In this document: piece after piece, positions 59,150-64,000 of the stretch
How the letters are laid out: each line of letters begins with the position of its first letter
Numbering within the stretch: position 1 is the first letter of the stretch
From: an uncultured Gemmatimonadales bacterium
GTDB taxonomy: Bacteria > Gemmatimonadota > Gemmatimonadetes > Longimicrobiales > RSA9
Assembly: GCA_963798085.1 (NCBI GenBank)
Contig: CAWCRS010000003.1
Span: forward strand, 224,001 to 288,000
Length of the DNA stretch: 64,000 nucleotides
Direction of reading: 5' to 3'
Program-made: the position numbers and the translations under genes
The notes under the pieces: model-generated
The model's database searches: none
The model's input: only the letters and a program-made list of their open reading frames with translations
Told to the model about the DNA's origin: nothing

Positions 59150-59770
59150 TCAGGCGAGCAGCACCGCCACCCCCGCGACCGCGAGCGCGCCACTCCACAG
59201 GATGTCGGTGTCGATCCAGGCGCGACGCAGCAATCCCACGCCGGCGGCGCGGTAGGCGACGACTGCGATGGTGGCCATGGCGGTGAGCATCGCCGCGGAG
59301 TGCACGGCGAGGACGGAAGCGTCGCCTGCAGCCGTCATGTTGTGGTGCATGTGGTGGCCGGTCATGCCGGCCGGGCCCAGCACCACGGGGAGGAGCATGA
59401 GCCCCGCCCCGTGCGCCGATGCCATGACGAACGACCATGCGAAGAGACCACGCGCGCTGAGGCGCATACCGACGCGCCGCGGGTGCGCGCGTCGCACCAT
59501 GAGATACGTCGCGTAGCCGAGCAGCACCGCCCCGCCCGCAATGCGCAGCGTCGCGGGCGGCAGGAACCGACCCGCCGCGAGCGCCACGCCCATGACTGCC
59601 GCCACGGAAGCGGCGTGTCCCAGCGCGATGGGCGGCAGTGCCCGCAGCATCGCCGCGGCGCGCTGCTCCTGAAGTCCGAGCGCCACGGCGAACAGCCAGC
59701 CCATCGCCGGATTGACGCCATGCCAGGCGCCGAGCAGCACCGGAATCCACCAGCTCATGACGCCGCTCAT
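59150..59770 (-). CDS. Membrane protein coupled to the SBP56 gene (His-containing)
   Basis: About six TM helices; GAWHGVNPAMGWLFAVA, AHGAGLM, HHMHH loop; ATGA overlap. Confidence 0.8.
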   Translation of the reverse strand: MSGVMSWWIPVLLGAWHGVNPAMGWLFAVALGLQEQRAAAMLRALPPIALGHAASVAAVMGVALAAGRFLPPATLRIAGGAVLLGYATYLMVRRAHPRRVGMRLSARGLFAWSFVMASAHGAGLMLLPVVLGPAGMTGHHMHHNMTAAGDASVLAVHSAAMLTAMATIAVVAYRAAGVGLLRRAWIDTDILWSGALAVAGVAVLLA

Positions 59771-61183
59771 GGGAAGCAGAAGGAATCAGAGGAGGCGTCA
59801 CCACCCTGCAGCCTGACCTGGTGCGGGCGCATATGGCCGAAATCCATGAAGAAGTCAGGCGACGCCGTCATGCCACCATCCGCGCCCAGATCCAGCTGCG
59901 TGAGCCAGCCACGGATGCCGTCGGGATAGAACTGCGCATCCCACGCGAGGTAGAGCGAATTGGTGAGGTAGGCGCGCTTCCCGTCGCGGCTCAGCTCGAT
60001 CATTCTGCGGGCCGCCATTGAGCCGCAGGTGCGGCATTGCGGGGTGGGAGGAACGGCGCACGATGCCGCCGAGGTGCACGGCGCTGACCAGCTTCGGCTC
60101 GAACGGGTCGGTCACATTGTACTGTCGCAGCTCGCCTGTTCCCCAGCACGCGACGTAAAGGAACCGGTCGTCGAGCGAGAGTGCGATATCGGTGACCAGC
60201 GGTGGGACTGCGCCGAAGGGCTTGAGCGCCGGTGGCAGGACCGACGCGTCGGCAGGCTCGGCCGGAATGTCGATGACCTTCCTCGCCTGCCAGTCGCCGT
60301 CACGGTAGTACCACGTCCAGATCGAGCTGGAGAGATCGGTCAGGCTCAGCACTACATTGACGAAGCCATAACGCTTTGTTGGATTGTGCGCCGGTCGCAG
60401 TTCCAGCACCATTTGGTTGTCATCTCCCAGCAGCAGCGACTTGAGGTGCCGGCGCTCGCGCAGGTCCCAGAAGTGCAGGCGGCGGCCGTATTCCTTGGCC
60501 ATGAGCAGGTCGGGCTGCACGCCATTCTCCACCTGCCGGGGTGTGCCCCATTCGCTCGTGACCATCGTGTCCCAGCCGAGGTGCCACCAGAAATCGTACG
60601 CCTGGCGCTGCGGTCCGCGGTCCATCTCCCAGGCACCGAGCGGCTCGAAGGTGTCGTGGTCGAGGATGAAGATCCCGCCCGGACCGTCGCCTTCCGCGTT
60701 GCCGAGCGCGCTCATGTAGATGCCGTCGGGTCCGCAGTGCACGGTGTGCGGGCGCGAGTAGCCGGTCTTCGCGGCCAGCTCTTCCGGCTCGATCACCCTG
60801 ACCAGCCGAGGCTCCGCGGGATTGGGCTCGGTGTCGATGATGTAGATGCGCGACGACTTGAGTCCGGGAACGATCAGGTAACGCCGGCGCACGTGCGGGT
60901 GCGGCGCGTACGGGCACAGTGCCGAGCTGCAGGCGTTCCAGCCGAAGTGGTGCAGCTCATCGCCAGCGTACGGCAGTTCGAGCCGGCCGATGATGCGGCC
61001 GAACGTGGCGGACTCGCGGTCGCAGTCGAGTACGCCGATGGCATCTCCGCGGCCGTCCTCCGGCGTCGGGTTGATGAGCGCCACATACGCCAGCGTTTCC
61101 GCCGGCGCCTCGCGTGCGCTGCGCGGCGAAGGGTAGAACGTCGGGTCCGGCAGGAGCCGCCGTCTGGTCTCCGTCTTGATCAT
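59767..61183 (-). CDS. Selenium-binding protein SBP56 / methanethiol oxidase-like; frameshift near 60005
   Basis: PTFYPSP, DELHHFGWNACSS, PHTVHC, YDFWWH, SEWG; NGGPQ then MIELSRDGKR.YLTNSLY.AWDAQFYP..GGDASSD in another frame. Confidence 0.88.
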
Positions 61184-61341
61184 GGGAATGCCTTCCTGGC
61201 CTCCAGGGCCGATACAGGGATCAACGAGCGGAGTCGCGGTAGCGCTGCGTCGAGCAGCGTCCGTCGCTCGTGCGTGGAAGGTTGCGCTGGAGGGTGTGTG
61301 GGTGCCTCGGTGGATCAACCCAATTTGGGCGGAGCGGCTAC

Positions 61342-63957
61342 CTAACTTTCTCCTGCCTCGCGGCTCTCCGGCAGGATGCCGCGATCGTGCACGGCGGCGA
61401 TGGCCTCGGTGCGTGTGGCAACGCCGAGTTTGCCGAGAATGGCGGAAACGTGGTGGTCGACCGTGCGTGGCGAGAGGAAGAGCTCGCGCGCGATGGCGGA
61501 ATTGGAAAGCCCACGCGCGAGGAGTGCCAGCACGCGGGTCTGGCTGCGCGTGAGTCCGGCGGGATGCTGGCGGGTTGTGCTACGCTGCCCGCGTGGGATA
61601 CCCGCGAAACCGCGAGCGCGCAGGTCGCGCCGGACCGCGGCCGCGCTGGCGTTGGCGCCCAGGCGCTCGAGCTGCTCGAGTGCTTCACGATGCGCCGCCG
61701 GATCATTGCCATCGGCGAGTGCGAGCGCGCGCTCGTAGGGCGCACCGATCGCCTGCCACTGTGCGGCCGCCCCGCGCCAGTCGCCCGCGAACAGGTGCTG
61801 GAACGGCTCCGGCATCGCATCGGGCACGGCGTCGAGTCCACCCGCTCGCCGCAGCCAGCTGGCGAGCAGGCCCTGCGCCCAGAGGTCGTCGCTCGCCAGC
61901 GCGGTCGCGTACGCTTTCCTGATGTCGCCGACGACCGCGGCGAGGTCGCCCCGGATCCAGGCCGCTTCGGCGAGTGCGGCGGTGGCCGGCGCCAGGCGTT
62001 GCGTCTCTTCGGTCCGGGTGGCGAGGGCCATGGCCTCGTCGAGCAGCTCGGCCACGCCATTTGCGCCGCGGCGCGCTCGCAGCAGCGCCAGCACGATGAG
62101 TGGCTGACAGCGTGTTACAGTCAGCGCCTGGTACCTGCCCAGAATGGTCTGTGCATCACGCTCGGCCGCAGCCCAGTTGCCATGTTCCAGCTCCAGCCGC
62201 GCGCGCCATCCGAGAATGTAGAACTCCCAGGTCTCGATCTCGTGGTCAATGGAAAAGCGCAGCACCATGGCGACGCTCTGCACCGCCCGCTCATAGTCGC
62301 GGTGGCGCACATCGTTGCAGGCGATGTTGGTGTAGCCGCGCACGGCGTGTTCGTGGAAGCCGTGTCGGAGCGCCAGCTCGATGGCGCGCTCGATGCGCTT
62401 GCGCCCCTGCCCGGACTGTGGTGTGTACATCTCGGCGGAGCCGACATTGGTGAGCGCGTGCACGAGCGTCTCGGTATCACCCACCTGCTCCGCCATGGCG
62501 ATGGCGCGCTCGCCCCACGCGATCGTGCCGTTGGCCTGGTCCGCCAGCATGGCAAGCTGCGCGAGGTTGCTGTACGCCATGGCCAGCTCGGGCGTCGGCC
62601 CGAGCGGCTCCAGCACCTGAATGGCCAGTTCACCCAGCGTGCCGGCCTCGGCCCGCCGGCCGCTGAACCACGCGAGGCGCGAGAGCCAGCGCAGGTTGCC
62701 GCCTTCGCGCACGCGGTCATCCAGCTGGCGGCGCAGCGCCAGCGCCCGTTCGCGCACCTGGATGGACTCCGCTATGCCACCCGTCATGTACAGCTCGAAC
62801 GAGTAGGCTTCGAGCAGCGTCGCCAGTTCGGGCGGCGCCAGCCCGTCCGCGTAGCGCATGGCCGTGGCGTACTGCGCGGCGGCCTGACGGTGCGCGCCCA
62901 CAGCCATCGCTTCACGCGCAGCCGCGCTCGCGAAGTGCAGGACGCGCTGGCCATCGCCCGCGCCATCCGCGTGGTGGACGATGCGCGCCAGCTCGCGACT
63001 GCCCGCCTCTCGATCCAGCAGCGCCTGGAGAATGCGGGCGTGCAGCAGGCGATCCGTACCCGGTTCCAGCGACGCCTGCCACGCCAGGCGCGCCAGTTCG
63101 TGCCTGAAACCCACCGCCTCGGCGGCGACCGCCAGCACGCCGGTGCTGGCACACTCGCGTACCAGCGCGGGCGCACCATCCACCAGGGTTTCCAGCAGAC
63201 GACGCTCCATCCGGCCGGGTGCCAGCGACACCACATCGAGGAGCCCGCGCGCCGGGGCGGAGAGTCGCGCGGCGCGGGCCAGCACCGCTTCGCGAATGGA
63301 AGCCGGCACGGCACCCCCGCTCGATGCCAGCACCTCGGTCACGAAGAAGGGATTGCCGCCCGTCAGCGTGAACAGACCCTCGCCGGCGTGGCCGCTGCGC
63401 CGCGCCAGTTCGCGCACGGCGGCATCGCTCAGCAGCGGCAGGCGCAGCCAGCGCACCACGCCCGCGGGCAGCTCGCCTAACAGCTGATGCAGGCGATGCT
63501 GCGAACCCACCTCATCGTCGCGGTAGGTGATGAGCAGCAGTGCGGGAAAGCGACGAATGCGCCGGCCCACGAACTTGAGCAGATCCAGCGTCGCGTCGTC
63601 GGCCCAGTGCACGTCTTCCACGAGCACCATGCGCGGCGACGGCGCCACGTCCAGCTCCTCGAGGAAGGCGCTGAACACGCCCTCGCGGCCTTCGCCCGCG
63701 CGCAGTGCCGCCGAGAGCGGCCCATCGGACTGGCGCGTCATGTCGTGGATCGGACCGAGCGGCCGCGGGGTGGACAGAGGATCGCAGAGGCCGCGCAGCG
63801 CGCGACCGCCGTGCGTGGCCGTGAACCGCTCCGCCAGGCTGGTCTTGCCCGCACCCGCCTCGCCGCAGACCGCCGCGATGTGGCCAGCGCCCGCGGCCGC
63901 GTCGCGCAGCAGCGACTCCAGTTCCGCCAGGATGGGCTCGCGCTCGAGAAGGTCCAT
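61342..63957 (-). CDS. LuxR-family regulator with N-terminal AAA ATPase (MalT/LAL-like)
   Basis: GEAGAGKT, VEDVHWAD, TGGNPFF; C-terminal LT...VLALLARGLSN.AIA..LFLSPRTVDHHVSAIL. Confidence 0.93.
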   Translation of the reverse strand: MDLLEREPILAELESLLRDAAAGAGHIAAVCGEAGAGKTSLAERFTATHGGRALRGLCDPLSTPRPLGPIHDMTRQSDGPLSAALRAGEGREGVFSAFLEELDVAPSPRMVLVEDVHWADDATLDLLKFVGRRIRRFPALLLITYRDDEVGSQHRLHQLLGELPAGVVRWLRLPLLSDAAVRELARRSGHAGEGLFTLTGGNPFFVTEVLASSGGAVPASIREAVLARAARLSAPARGLLDVVSLAPGRMERRLLETLVDGAPALVRECASTGVLAVAAEAVGFRHELARLAWQASLEPGTDRLLHARILQALLDREAGSRELARIVHHADGAGDGQRVLHFASAAAREAMAVGAHRQAAAQYATAMRYADGLAPPELATLLEAYSFELYMTGGIAESIQVRERALALRRQLDDRVREGGNLRWLSRLAWFSGRRAEAGTLGELAIQVLEPLGPTPELAMAYSNLAQLAMLADQANGTIAWGERAIAMAEQVGDTETLVHALTNVGSAEMYTPQSGQGRKRIERAIELALRHGFHEHAVRGYTNIACNDVRHRDYERAVQSVAMVLRFSIDHEIETWEFYILGWRARLELEHGNWAAAERDAQTILGRYQALTVTRCQPLIVLALLRARRGANGVAELLDEAMALATRTEETQRLAPATAALAEAAWIRGDLAAVVGDIRKAYATALASDDLWAQGLLASWLRRAGGLDAVPDAMPEPFQHLFAGDWRGAAAQWQAIGAPYERALALADGNDPAAHREALEQLERLGANASAAAVRRDLRARGFAGIPRGQRSTTRQHPAGLTRSQTRVLALLARGLSNSAIARELFLSPRTVDHHVSAILGKLGVATRTEAIAAVHDRGILPESREAGES

Positions 63958-64000
63958 GGGCCGGGGTTTCCTGCGGAAATGGAGTGCGGCTCGCCGGGAA

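Overview
High-GC bacterial chromosomal window. Three ADOP-type duplicated ABC permeases (two paired with PadR), Ig-repeat lipoproteins and a TPR-CHAT protein suggest Gemmatimonadota or Acidobacteriota (inference). From left to right it holds: an acid phosphatase fragment; an ADOP permease; a two-component system divergent from a TolC-MFP-RND efflux operon; an Xre/RES toxin-antitoxin pair; four type IV minor pilin genes; a membrane-anchored MutS-like ATPase; a six-gene operon (HAD, NTP transferase, ATP-grasp, class III aminotransferase, CDP-alcohol phosphotransferase, Gfo/Idh/MocA) that looks like an amino-cyclitol lipid or solute pathway; a TPR-CHAT / unknown 283-aa protein / S8 subtilase / AKR-kinase-HAD run, preceded by an inverted repeat array; an Ig-domain lipoprotein; PadR-ADOP; an FAD oxidoreductase and geranylgeranyl reductase; a polytopic membrane protein with a UbiA-type phosphoribosyltransferase; BlaI/M56; a B12-binding radical SAM gene coupled to a DPPPPP lipoprotein; a TIR-NB-ARC-repeat NLR-like gene; ArsR-SRPBCC; a second PadR-ADOP; an SBP56/methanethiol-oxidase-like gene with a membrane partner; and a LuxR-type ATPase regulator. 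Six genes carry small frameshifts, probably long-read indel errors. I found no rRNA, tRNA, CRISPR array or transposase. All calls come from reading motifs by eye; no database searches were run.
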